Both the position numbers and the translations under genes were made by a program. The notes under the pieces were generated by a model that was not told where the DNA came from, ran no database searches, and saw only the letters and a list, made by a program, of their open reading frames with translations. This document shows, piece after piece, positions 17,068-26,433 of a stretch of 64,000 bases of DNA (position 1 is the stretch's first letter; each line of letters opens with the position of its first letter). Source of the stretch: Candidatus Latescibacterota bacterium (GTDB lineage: Bacteria > Latescibacterota > UBA2968 > UBA8231); assembly GCA_965221775.1 (NCBI GenBank), contig CBDCSU010000005.1:736001-800000 (forward strand). Direction: 5' to 3'.

Positions 17068-18001
17068 CCGAGCCCTCCAGACCGAGATGACGGGCGAAGA
17101 ACTCGCCCTCGATCGCCCCGTGTTCGTGACTGCCGGCGTCGTGTCCCGCCCCGTCGTAGGCGTACAGCCGCTTCTCTTCACTCGCGATCTCGCGGAACAG
17201 GGCGTACCCCGTCTCGGGGGGACAGATGTTGTCCTGAAGTCCGATGTTGACGACGATCGGGCAGGTGATCCGGTCCGCGAAGTTGATGCAGTCGAAGTAG
17301 TTCAGCGTCCGCTCCACCCGCTCCCGGCTCGACGGATGCAGCCTGAGGTAGTCGTTGATCTCCTGGTACGGGTAGGTGCCGGTCAGCTCGATGGAGTCCA
17401 TGAACCCGGTCAGGTACGGCGCTCCCGCGGCGGCGGCCCTGACTTCGCCGCGCATGGCGGCGGTGCACAGGGCCAGCCCGCCTCCCTGGCTGCTCCCCCT
17501 CACCCCGATCCTGTCGGAGTCCACCTCGTCCCGGGAGAGCAGGAAGTCGATGCCGCGCCATGTGTCGACGTAGAAGCCCCGGTACGAGTACACGTTGCGG
17601 TCGACGATCCCGTAGGTCAGAAGACCCGGGTACCCGGGGTTGAACTGGGCGTTGGAGCGCAGCTTGCCCCGCGGCGCCACACACAGCGTGGCGTAGCCCC
17701 CTTGCGCCCACCCTTTGGGGATGGCCGGATCGCCCAGGTACCCGGGGCCGATCAGGATCGCCGGCAGCGGCCCTCGCCTCTCCCTCGGCAGACAGTACCA
17801 GGCCGCGACTCTCACGTGGTCGATGCTGTCGTAGAAGACCTGGAAGACCTCCACCTCGTCGTCCGAGCGCAGCGGGTCCGGCTCGACCTCGGGGTTGAGG
17901 TCGACGCGCGCGGCCTGGGCCATCACGTCCGCCCAGAAGGCGTCGAAGTCGTCGGGCTTGCGCGCCTTGCTCTGGTAGTTCTCCTCTACTCTGCAGGCCA
18001 T
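17060..18001 (-). CDS. Acetylxylan esterase / cephalosporin-C deacetylase (CE7)
   Basis: KPDDFDAFW, GSSQGG nucleophile, QDNICPP (Asp), GHD (His). Confidence 0.9.
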   Translation of the reverse strand: MACRVEENYQSKARKPDDFDAFWADVMAQAARVDLNPEVEPDPLRSDDEVEVFQVFYDSIDHVRVAAWYCLPRERRGPLPAILIGPGYLGDPAIPKGWAQGGYATLCVAPRGKLRSNAQFNPGYPGLLTYGIVDRNVYSYRGFYVDTWRGIDFLLSRDEVDSDRIGVRGSSQGGGLALCTAAMRGEVRAAAAGAPYLTGFMDSIELTGTYPYQEINDYLRLHPSSRERVERTLNYFDCINFADRITCPIVVNIGLQDNICPPETGYALFREIASEEKRLYAYDGAGHDAGSHEHGAIEGEFFARHLGLEGSDA

Positions 18002-18555
18002 CACAGCTTCGTCACGGCGTCTCCAACCCGTATCGCGCCCGGGCGGACGACCTTGGCGTTGACGCCGCGAAGCTGAAGCCGTCTGCCCTCGGGAGTGCTG
18101 ATGAACTTGAGGGCCTCCAGCCCAAAGCGGGCGGCGTACTTCTTGCAGCCCGTGTGGGGCGGCTCGGTGATCTGGATCACGGCCTCGCCGATGGACAGGC
18201 GGGTCCCTGGCGGAATGTTGTCCACGCTCAGGTCGAAGTCGACGTAGAGCTGGTCCCCCGCCAGGGGCCAACGCTGCCTGTCCGGCGCCACCAAGGCCAT
18301 CAGGCGCACGCCGGTCAGCGTGATCTGCGTCTCCGGGTGCGCCGATCCATCCGCCGTCCGGGAGCTGCCGCGCTGCTTCCAGTTGTCGCCCACCAGTCCT
18401 TCGGCCGGATCGAGTTCGCCCTCGTCGAGGACCTCCCGCGTCTCCGTTTGCGGCCTGCGCACGATCAGCTCCAGTACACCTTTGGTCTTTGGCGACTGAC
18501 GAATGTCGGCCAGTCCCGCCTGCAGCTCTTCCATGGTCTGTTCCGCCTCGGTCAA
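18001..18555 (-). CDS. MOSC-domain protein
   Basis: GLVGDNW, LAGDQLYVD, EPPHTGCKK, RGVNAKVVRPGAIRVGD. Confidence 0.88.
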   Translation of the reverse strand: MTEAEQTMEELQAGLADIRQSPKTKGVLELIVRRPQTETREVLDEGELDPAEGLVGDNWKQRGSSRTADGSAHPETQITLTGVRLMALVAPDRQRWPLAGDQLYVDFDLSVDNIPPGTRLSIGEAVIQITEPPHTGCKKYAARFGLEALKFISTPEGRRLQLRGVNAKVVRPGAIRVGDAVTKL

Positions 18556-18583
18556 GGTTCGTCTCCTGAGTGTTCGGCCACTT

Positions 18584-20557
18584 CTACTTGATGTGCACCA
18601 GCGGCCGGCGGTGCCGTTGTCCGCCGACGCTCAGACTCGCCCAGTAGAGCCCCGGGGCCACCGGGTTCCCCCGGTCGTTGCGCGCGTCCCACCCGGCCAG
18701 GTGGCGGCCCACCCCCCGGCCGGCGGCCAGCCGGCGCACCAACTGGCCATCGACCCCGTAGATCCCCAAGGCATACTCCGCCTCCACCGGCAGGAAAAAG
18801 GGGACTCTCGTGAAACTGTTGAACGGATTCGGGTAGTTGGCCCACAGGGCCGGCCGGCCGGGGGCGGTCTGGTCCACCTCCTCCCCGGCGGTGGTGCCGA
18901 CCACCGCGGGCAGGTACCCGGAGAGCACGGCGCCGCTGATGATGTGGGCCTCCCCCGCGTTGTCGCGTTGGTTGTCGGGGCCGTCGCCGGCCATGCCGTT
19001 GGGGATGGCGTCGATCCGTCCGTCGCCGTCCATGTCGCCGCTGGCCCCCCAATAGGCCGAGTAGTCGACCGGGTCGGGCCCCTGGATCCACACGACGGGT
19101 ACCGCGGGATCGGCCAGGTCGATCTCCCGGGGCAGGTCCGGGCCGCCGGCCAGGACCGCGAAACCGCCCGCCCGCCGGCGCTTCAGCGGCCCCTCGTCTC
19201 CGGGCACGCCGACGAAGAGGTCGTCGTAGCCGTCGCCGTGGATGTCGCCGGCCGCCACGGCGTCCCCCGTGATCGCCTTGGGGCGGGCCCCGTAGATGAC
19301 CGTCATGTCCTCCGTCGGCGCGGCCATGTCCAGCCGCTGTCCGCGCCGCCGGGGACCGCCGTACACCACGTACACCTCGCCGGCGTCGGGGCGCATGTTG
19401 CCCGGACCGTCGGCCCGGTACGCGCCGATGAACAGGTCCTGAATCCCATCGCCGTCGATATCGGCCAGGACGATCTCCTCCCCCAGGCGATCGGGCGAGT
19501 CGTCATCGCCGCCGTCGGCGCCGTAGACGATGGTCAGATCGGCGGGCGGGTCCCCTGCCAGGTCGATGGCCGGCGGACGCCGGGGACCGCCGTAGACCAC
19601 GTACATCTCGCCGGCGTTCTTCCGCTGGTTCCGCGGGCCGTCGCCGGCGCCGCCCCTGCGCCGGTAGGCGTTGCGCAGGGTACCGAGAGCCGCCGCGCCA
19701 ATGGCGATGTCGTCGTATCCGTCGCCGTCGAAGTCGCCGGCGGCCACGGTCGAGCCGGCGTGATCCAGGGCATCGATGCCGTAAATGATGGTATGGGGGT
19801 GTTCCGCGGCCGCCAGATCGATGGCGGCGTCCGCATCCAGGGGGCCGTAGAGGACGTAGACCCGTCCCGCCTCGACCTCCCCCCTCATCCCCGAGGCCTG
19901 GTCGGCCCCCACCACCGCATCCCGGTGGCCATCGCCGTCGAAGTCGCCCGCTGTCATCCAGACACCCAGACGGCCGTTGCCCTCGGCGCCGGTGACGACG
20001 CTCACCCCCTCGGGCCAGGGGCGTCGGGCCAGGTCCAGGCGCCTGCCGGCGCCGCGCAGCCGGGCGATGAGCTCGGCCGAGAACAGATAGAGCCTGCCGG
20101 CGTCGGCGCGCTCGGGGGCATCGGCGTAGAAGGCGCCCACCAGAAGGTCCGCCCGTCCGTCGCCCACGAGATCCTCCACATGGGTCTTGATGCCGAAGAG
20201 GTCGCGGCTGGCCTCGCCATGGAGGGTGATCACATCGTCCGGGTCGGCGGCCAGGTCGAGCCCTCCCCCCGATGGCAGGGTGCGGAAGCAGATGGCCACC
20301 TCGCCGGAGTGGTGGCGATCGTTGGCGGGGCCGTCGCCGGCCATGGCCGAGATCACCAGGTCGTCGCGCCCGTCGCCATCGAGGTCTCCGGCGGTGATGG
20401 GGGTCCCGAACTCGGCATCGTTGACGTCGGGGTTGTACACCGTGAACTGCCCCGCCCGGGCGGTATCGGCCAGGTCCCACACATGGACTATCTGGGAGGA
20501 TACCGGCATGGCCGTACAGCACCACAGGGCCCAGGACAGGAGGGCCGCGCGCTTCAC
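18584..20557 (-). CDS. Secreted FG-GAP (integrin-alpha-like) beta-propeller with C-terminal FlgD-like domain
   Basis: About 7 repeats of GDxDGDGxxDLxxGA...AGxVY. C-terminal NYPNPFNS...WDARNDRG...GLYW. GTGA start overlap. Confidence 0.85.
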   Translation of the reverse strand: MKRAALLSWALWCCTAMPVSSQIVHVWDLADTARAGQFTVYNPDVNDAEFGTPITAGDLDGDGRDDLVISAMAGDGPANDRHHSGEVAICFRTLPSGGGLDLAADPDDVITLHGEASRDLFGIKTHVEDLVGDGRADLLVGAFYADAPERADAGRLYLFSAELIARLRGAGRRLDLARRPWPEGVSVVTGAEGNGRLGVWMTAGDFDGDGHRDAVVGADQASGMRGEVEAGRVYVLYGPLDADAAIDLAAAEHPHTIIYGIDALDHAGSTVAAGDFDGDGYDDIAIGAAALGTLRNAYRRRGGAGDGPRNQRKNAGEMYVVYGGPRRPPAIDLAGDPPADLTIVYGADGGDDDSPDRLGEEIVLADIDGDGIQDLFIGAYRADGPGNMRPDAGEVYVVYGGPRRRGQRLDMAAPTEDMTVIYGARPKAITGDAVAAGDIHGDGYDDLFVGVPGDEGPLKRRRAGGFAVLAGGPDLPREIDLADPAVPVVWIQGPDPVDYSAYWGASGDMDGDGRIDAIPNGMAGDGPDNQRDNAGEAHIISGAVLSGYLPAVVGTTAGEEVDQTAPGRPALWANYPNPFNSFTRVPFFLPVEAEYALGIYGVDGQLVRRLAAGRGVGRHLAGWDARNDRGNPVAPGLYWASLSVGGQRHRRPLVHIK

Positions 20558-21345
20558 GGACCACACTTCATGTCAACCCTCTCGACCGACTGGAGGAAGT
20601 CGACGTTCGATGCGCTGAAGCCGTACTGCTGCTCCACTTCCCGGATGGAGATCTCCGTCGTGAGCAGGTCGTCGTAGGTATCGGGAAACTCCACGCCTGT
20701 CGTGGCATCGCGGAGCAGCACCATGTTGTAGCCGTACCTCGCCATGGAGCGGATGCCGTAGTCCCTGCCCAGCACGCACCAGTTCGTCGCGAAACCGGCA
20801 TACAACAGATGCAGGATCCGCCTTTCCTCCAGCAGCTCATGCAGCTGCTGTCCCGTGGCGATGACGAACTCCTCGGGCTGCACATCGATGGCGGGGGAGA
20901 CGGAGAGCCGCGGGGCCAGCGCGTCCCAGTGCACGCCGATCCCCGGCGGCTGACTGCGGGGACCTCGGTAGACGGCATGATCGCCCTCCCGGTTGCGGAA
21001 GGCGGCGGGCGGCCACGTGGGCTCGGCCGACGGTTCGGGCGGCTTGTGCCGTTGCAGCTGCCGATACTGCTCCGCCACCGGCGGCGAGGGGGCGTGTACG
21101 ATCGTCAGTCCCGTGCGCCGTGCCGCGTCGAGCACCGGCACGATGCAGTCGGCCGTGATCTGCGCGGCTCGTTCGATCCAGCTCTCGATGAAGTGGACGT
21201 TCCAGACGTCGACGAGGACCAGCGACGTCTCCTCGATGGGCAGCCGCATGTCGAGCTCGCGGCGGATGAAAGCCGTCTCCCGGCACGGCACATCGGCGGG
21301 TGTGCTGTCCTGGAAGTAGCGGACGCGTAGATTCAGACTCTTCAT
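20554..21345 (-). CDS. Isochorismatase-family cysteine hydrolase
   Basis: LVLVDVWN, YAGFATNWCV, LLRDAT. Confidence 0.82.
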   Translation of the reverse strand: MKSLNLRVRYFQDSTPADVPCRETAFIRRELDMRLPIEETSLVLVDVWNVHFIESWIERAAQITADCIVPVLDAARRTGLTIVHAPSPPVAEQYRQLQRHKPPEPSAEPTWPPAAFRNREGDHAVYRGPRSQPPGIGVHWDALAPRLSVSPAIDVQPEEFVIATGQQLHELLEERRILHLLYAGFATNWCVLGRDYGIRSMARYGYNMVLLRDATTGVEFPDTYDDLLTTEISIREVEQQYGFSASNVDFLQSVERVDMKCGP

Positions 21346-21375
21346 GGCGCCTGAACATAGGCAGATTGGTGAACC

Positions 21376-22566
21376 ATGGCCCATACCCTTGAGTCCGTGA
21401 GTGCCCGCGCCGGGTCGTTGATCCGCTGTCTCGCCCTGCTGGCGTCGGCCGCCTGCGCCTGCCAGGCGCCCTCGGGAACCGGGGACGGGCCGGGCCCGGC
21501 GGTGGTGGAGCCGCTACCGCCGCCCCCACTCGAAGACCAGCGCCTCGCCCGCATCGAGCTGCCCAGGGGATTCCACATCCGCGTCTTCGCCGCGGGGGTG
21601 GACGGCGCCCGTTCCCTGAGCCTGGGAGCGGAGGGCACCCTGTTCGCCGGCACCCGCTCCCACGGCCGGGTGTACGCGCTCCGCGACGAGGACGGCGACC
21701 ACAAGGCGGAGCGGGTCATCACCCTGGCCCGCGGCCTGCGCTCGCCCAACGGGGTCGCCTTCAAGGACGGCGACCTGTACGTGGCCGAGATCAACCGCGT
21801 CCTGCGCTATCCCGACATCGAAGCGAACCTCGACAACCCGCCCCGGCCCGAGGTCGTCAACGACGGGTTCCCCACGGACGGCCATCACGGCTGGAAGTTC
21901 ATCCGCTTCGGACCCGATGGCCTGCTCTACGTACCGGTCGGGGCGCCGTGCAACATCTGCGATTCAGGCGATCCCTACGCGTCCATCGGAAGGTTGGAAT
22001 CAGGTGGAGGCTTCACCATCCTGGCGCGGGGGGTCCGCAATACCGTCGGCTTCGACTGGCACCCGGAAACCGGGGAGATGTGGTTCACCGAGAACGGCAG
22101 GGACTGGCTGGGTGACGACTCTCCTCCCGACGAGCTGAACAGACTGGGCGCCGAAGGAGAGCACTTCGGCTATCCCTACTGCCACGGCAGCGACATCGCC
22201 GATCCCCGCTTCGGCGGCGAGCGCGGCTGCGACGAGTTCGTGGCGCCGGTGCAGAATCTCGGCCCCCACGTAGCGGCCCTGGGAATGCGCTTCTACACCG
22301 GCTCCATGTTCCCGGAGGAATACCGCAATCAGATCTTCATCGCCGAGCACGGATCCTGGAACCGCAGCCGCAAGATCGGCTACCGGCTCACTCTGGTGCG
22401 TCTGGAAGGCGACGAGGCCGTCGGCTACGAGCCTTTCGCCGAAGGCTGGCTCCAGGGGGAATCGAGCTGGGGTCGGCCGGTGGACGTTCTCGTCATGCCC
22501 GACGGTTCTCTGCTGGTCTCGGACGACCAGGCCGGGCTCGTCTACCGTATCAGCTATTCCCCCTGA
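21376..22566 (+). CDS. Glucose/sorbosone dehydrogenase family (PQQ-type) protein
   Basis: GAPCNIC, GVRNTVGFDW, PPDELN, GRPVDV. Lipobox-like ACAC. The real start may be slightly downstream. Confidence 0.88.
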   Translation: MAHTLESVSARAGSLIRCLALLASAACACQAPSGTGDGPGPAVVEPLPPPPLEDQRLARIELPRGFHIRVFAAGVDGARSLSLGAEGTLFAGTRSHGRVYALRDEDGDHKAERVITLARGLRSPNGVAFKDGDLYVAEINRVLRYPDIEANLDNPPRPEVVNDGFPTDGHHGWKFIRFGPDGLLYVPVGAPCNICDSGDPYASIGRLESGGGFTILARGVRNTVGFDWHPETGEMWFTENGRDWLGDDSPPDELNRLGAEGEHFGYPYCHGSDIADPRFGGERGCDEFVAPVQNLGPHVAALGMRFYTGSMFPEEYRNQIFIAEHGSWNRSRKIGYRLTLVRLEGDEAVGYEPFAEGWLQGESSWGRPVDVLVMPDGSLLVSDDQAGLVYRISYSP

Positions 22567-22575
22567 CAGGCTGCT

Positions 22576-24069
22576 TCAGCCCTCGATCCTCTCGAACAGC
22601 GCCGCCACCTCCGCCTCCTTCTCCTCGCTGCGCCTGGAGAGATAGCCCTCGCCGAAGTAGATGGTCAACGCCACCAGGAGCTCCGCCCCCGTGTAGATCG
22701 CGAACTCATCGGTGAACTGTCTCATGATGAAATAGGTGGCGACACCACCGATGAACGACAGGATCGCCCCCCGGGCGGTCGGGCGCTTCCAAATCATCCC
22801 GAACATCAAGGGGATGGCGATCGGTGACAGGAGGCCGCCGAAGAGCTCTATGGTCATCTTGAAGACCTTGTTCATTCCCGGACTCTGGGAGATCACCACG
22901 GCGGTCACCACGACAGCCAGACCGAAGATGGCGGTCATGGCCATTCCCGCCCTGAACAACGCCCGGTCGTCGATCTCACGTCTGAAGTTGCGCTGGTAGA
23001 AGTCCTTGGTGAAGACCGCGGCCAGGGCGTTGATGTCGCTGTCGATCATGGACATGGTCGCCGCGAACATGGAGCATACCAGCAGTCCGATCAGGCCCGG
23101 GGCGAGGGCCGAGAGGATCTTCTGTGTGACCAGGATATATGTCTGATCGAGATCGAACCCGGCCACCGGCTGCAGGGTGGCGGGATCGAAGTGCTCGGGC
23201 AGCAGCAGCGGCGCCGCCCACGCCGGGACGAAGATGACGATGGGATAGAACAGGTAGAGGATCGACGACAGGAGCGCCGCCTTCTGGGCGTTCCTCGGCT
23301 TTTCCACGGACACGAACCGCTGTGCCAGCCCCCAAGTGCCGCCGTTGTAGCTGAGAATGATCACCACCAGGTACACGAGCCAGAAGCTCACGCTGATACC
23401 CTCGGAGGGGTTGAAGAACCCGGCGCGCTCCGGGGGCAGACTGTCCCACATGGCGTTCCAGCCTCCCACCATGTCCAGGGCGATGAACAGCACGGCCAGA
23501 CTCATGACGAGCTGCACGACGAACTGCACCAGGTCCGTGAGTACCGTGGCCCACAGCCCGCCGATGAAGACGTAGGCGATGGTGATCAGACCCGAGACGA
23601 TGATGACCGGCAGCACCTCCCAGCCGGTGACCACGTGGACGATGATCGAGATCGCGAAGAGCTTGAGGCCGAGGTCGATGAACTTGAGGAGAATGCCGGC
23701 GACCGCAATCAGGCCCCTCACGGAATTGCCGTAGCGCTCTTCCAGGTATTCTACCGGCGTCAGGACCTGCAGCCGGGACCATCTCGGCGCCCAGATGAGG
23801 CATCCGATCACCAGCGCCACGAACACGCCAAGGGAGAAGAAGGTCCACATGCTGAACCCCGTGACCGCCGCGCGGCCGGCAAAGCCCACGAATACGACCG
23901 CGCTGTACCCCGACACGTGGTGAGAGATGGCCGCCATCCACCAGGGCAACCCGTGGCCCGCGGCGAAGTACTGCTCCACGTTGCTTGACTTCCGCCTCGC
24001 CACGATGCCGATCCAGGCCATCAATGCGGCGTACACGGCAATCACGACATAGTCGATCTGTGTGAGCAT
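22576..24069 (-). CDS. Sodium:solute symporter (SSS family)
   Basis: YFAAGHGLPWW, TPVEYLEERYG, GGLWATVLTDLVQ, AATMSMIDS. Confidence 0.92.
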   Translation of the reverse strand: MLTQIDYVVIAVYAALMAWIGIVARRKSSNVEQYFAAGHGLPWWMAAISHHVSGYSAVVFVGFAGRAAVTGFSMWTFFSLGVFVALVIGCLIWAPRWSRLQVLTPVEYLEERYGNSVRGLIAVAGILLKFIDLGLKLFAISIIVHVVTGWEVLPVIIVSGLITIAYVFIGGLWATVLTDLVQFVVQLVMSLAVLFIALDMVGGWNAMWDSLPPERAGFFNPSEGISVSFWLVYLVVIILSYNGGTWGLAQRFVSVEKPRNAQKAALLSSILYLFYPIVIFVPAWAAPLLLPEHFDPATLQPVAGFDLDQTYILVTQKILSALAPGLIGLLVCSMFAATMSMIDSDINALAAVFTKDFYQRNFRREIDDRALFRAGMAMTAIFGLAVVVTAVVISQSPGMNKVFKMTIELFGGLLSPIAIPLMFGMIWKRPTARGAILSFIGGVATYFIMRQFTDEFAIYTGAELLVALTIYFGEGYLSRRSEEKEAEVAALFERIEG

Positions 24070-24278
24070 GTGCCTTTCCTGTTGGAGGCCGAACTTTTGT
24101 TGGGAGTCCCCGCAGGGGACGGATAAGAGGGCTCTTGCCGGGTACCCTGTCAAGACGCCAGGGCGGAACCCGTTGTGAAGCCTGAGCGCGGGTCACCCGC
24201 CACCCGAGCCGGCAGGCCGCGCGCCCCGACGACCTTCCGCTATTGCTGGCGCACCCACTCGCCCCTGAGGAAGTACGG

Positions 24279-25976
24279 CTATGGCTGCCGAAGCCGCTCG
24301 CTCACCTGCCCCAGGTAGTAGCGGGCCTGCGCGTGGTCGGGATCCGCTTCGAGGGCCTGGCGAAAGGCCCGCGCCGCCTCCTTCAGCTTCCCCTGGCGAA
24401 TACGGACCACGCCGACGCCGTTCCAGGCGCCGGCATTCTCCGGGTCCAGGGCCAGCATCTGCTCGAACGCCTTCAGTGCCCCGGGCCACGAACCCCGCTG
24501 CAGATGGACCCCGCCCAAGTTGTACCAGGCCTTCAGGTACGCCGGCTCGAGCGCCACCGCCTGCTCGAATGAATGGCGGGCCTCGTCCCAGTCCCGTTGC
24601 CGGACCTGCACGAGCCCCAGGTTGTGCCAGGCCATCGCGTAGTCGGGGTAGATCTCGAGAGCGGAACGGTTGAACGCCTCGGCACTGTCGAGACGCCCGG
24701 CCTCCGCGTGCATCCGTCCCATCCCCAGGTGCGCCCGGGCGCTGCGGGGGGCGGACTGGTGCTGCGCCCGGTAGAAGCTCTCGCCGTCGGCCCAGGTAGA
24801 GTTGCGCGCCACCGTCAGAACCACATAGGCGCACAGCAGTACCAGGCCTCCTGCCCAGACTCCCCGGCCGCAGCGCTGTGCCAGCCGCCAGATACCCCAA
24901 CCCAGCAGCACGCAGAACACGGCGGATGGGACGTAGATCAGCCGTTCCGCCATGATCGTCGGCACCAGCACCAGGAAGTTGCTCGTCGGCGCCGCCAGGA
25001 TCGCATAGCTCCCCACCCCGAAGGCGACCATCGGCGACCGGTGCCGCAGGCGCCAGGCCGCTGCGGCGGCGATGAGCACCGCCGCCAGGAAGCCGGCCGC
25101 TCCCCCGTCCAGCGGACCGCTCACCAGCGGGATCTGCGCATGGGAGTAGTCCGAGGAGAGCCCCAGGGGCCAGACCAGCAGCCGCAGGTAGGCGAACTGC
25201 ACGGAGGCCGCCGTCAGCACCCGCTCGTGCGGTGCGGCATCCACCAGGGGATTGTCCAGCGCATGGATCTGGCTGTCGGTGGGCCCGAGGACCGCATGGC
25301 GAAGAACCAGCCAGCCCACCAGGACCAGGACGTATCCGCCATAGACACGCCAGCGCGCCTTCAGCGGCTGACCGGTGCGGAAGTCCAGCCACAGGGCGAC
25401 GAAGAGCCAGGCGGCGGCCGACTCCTTGCCAAGCAGGGAGAGCCCGTAGAGCGCGCCGGCCCCGATCCACTTCCCGCGGCGGTGCAGGAGCAGGAAGGAC
25501 GCGCCCAGCAACATGGCGAGGGGCTCGGCTCGGCCGGTGATGAAGGCCACGGCCTCGGTGTGGACCGGATGGGCGGCAAAGAGCAGAGCCGCGGCGAGAG
25601 CGGCGGGAAGGGCCAGGCCCAGCCGCAGTACCAGGAGAAGGAGCGCACAACTGGCGCCCGCGTGCAGCGCCACATTGACCAGATGGAACCCGACGGCGTG
25701 CGCGCCGGGCAGCCTCAGGGACTCGTTGGCCCGGTAGTTGAGCGCCAGGGTCCAGACCGTGAGAGGGCGGTAGTGGTGGGAGTGGAGGACCTCGCCCCAG
25801 TAGCGGCCGGCCAGGATCCGGTCCAGCCGCCACGGGTCGTGCATCAGCTCGTTGGCGGGGATCAGCTTGCGGTCGTCGTAGACCAGCTCGTTGCCCAGCG
25901 AGTTGACGTACACCCCGCAGGCAACGAGGGCCGCCAAGGTGAGGGCCATCCACCGGCGGCGGTCGGCGTCAGCCAC
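24279..25976 (-). CDS. TMTC-like membrane glycosyltransferase (GT-C fold, DUF1736) with C-terminal TPRs
   Basis: VYDD, YRPLT, HPVHTEAV..GRAE, KES, LDNPL, AERLIYVPS, then TPR repeats. Start is approximate. Confidence 0.82.
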   Translation of the reverse strand: MADADRRRWMALTLAALVACGVYVNSLGNELVYDDRKLIPANELMHDPWRLDRILAGRYWGEVLHSHHYRPLTVWTLALNYRANESLRLPGAHAVGFHLVNVALHAGASCALLLLVLRLGLALPAALAAALLFAAHPVHTEAVAFITGRAEPLAMLLGASFLLLHRRGKWIGAGALYGLSLLGKESAAAWLFVALWLDFRTGQPLKARWRVYGGYVLVLVGWLVLRHAVLGPTDSQIHALDNPLVDAAPHERVLTAASVQFAYLRLLVWPLGLSSDYSHAQIPLVSGPLDGGAAGFLAAVLIAAAAAWRLRHRSPMVAFGVGSYAILAAPTSNFLVLVPTIMAERLIYVPSAVFCVLLGWGIWRLAQRCGRGVWAGGLVLLCAYVVLTVARNSTWADGESFYRAQHQSAPRSARAHLGMGRMHAEAGRLDSAEAFNRSALEIYPDYAMAWHNLGLVQVRQRDWDEARHSFEQAVALEPAYLKAWYNLGGVHLQRGSWPGALKAFEQMLALDPENAGAWNGVGVVRIRQGKLKEAARAFRQALEADPDHAQARYYLGQVSERLRQP

Positions 25977-26134
25977 CCCTATGTGCCAGCGGATCGCCAG
26001 GATGCTCCTTGATGGAGTCGGACACTCTCGGGCACGGGGTGTCAGATCGGGACTTGCGGTGGTCGGCAGGAGGAGCGGGGGTTCGACCGTTCGGGCAGCG
26101 TGTTGTACCGGCTGACCAGTCTTGAAGAGAGGGC

Positions 26135-26428
26135 TTGGAATGTATCGGGCTGCCTGCGAACCGTCCAGCCTTCGGGAAGGGAGCAGACAGCGCGTCGAGT
26201 CCCGGTGGACACTACATTCTGCATCTTGGAGGTGAGCATACGACACGCACGTCGATGGTGCGTTCCACCGACGGCGGGGAGACCTGGCACTCGCAGGTAA
26301 CGCCTCACCCGTACGCCGGGAACGGTTGCGCCATCGCCCAGACCGCCGACGACGGCCTGGACCACGACATGGGCTACCCGAGCTCGGTGCAGTTGCCGGA
26401 CGGATCGATCTTCACCAGGTACGACTGA
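26135..26428 (+). pseudogene. Collapsed sialidase/BNR-protein remnant
   Basis: One Asp box (RSTDGGETW) is joined almost directly to the typical C-terminal motif DMGYPSSVQLPDGSIFT. Confidence 0.55.
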
Positions 26429-26433
26429 TCACA

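Noticed and set aside
18900-20420. Repeated DNA units as a possible CRISPR array or tandem repeat
   Set aside because: They are degenerate coding FG-GAP repeats. No identical repeat-spacer array or cas gene was seen in the window.
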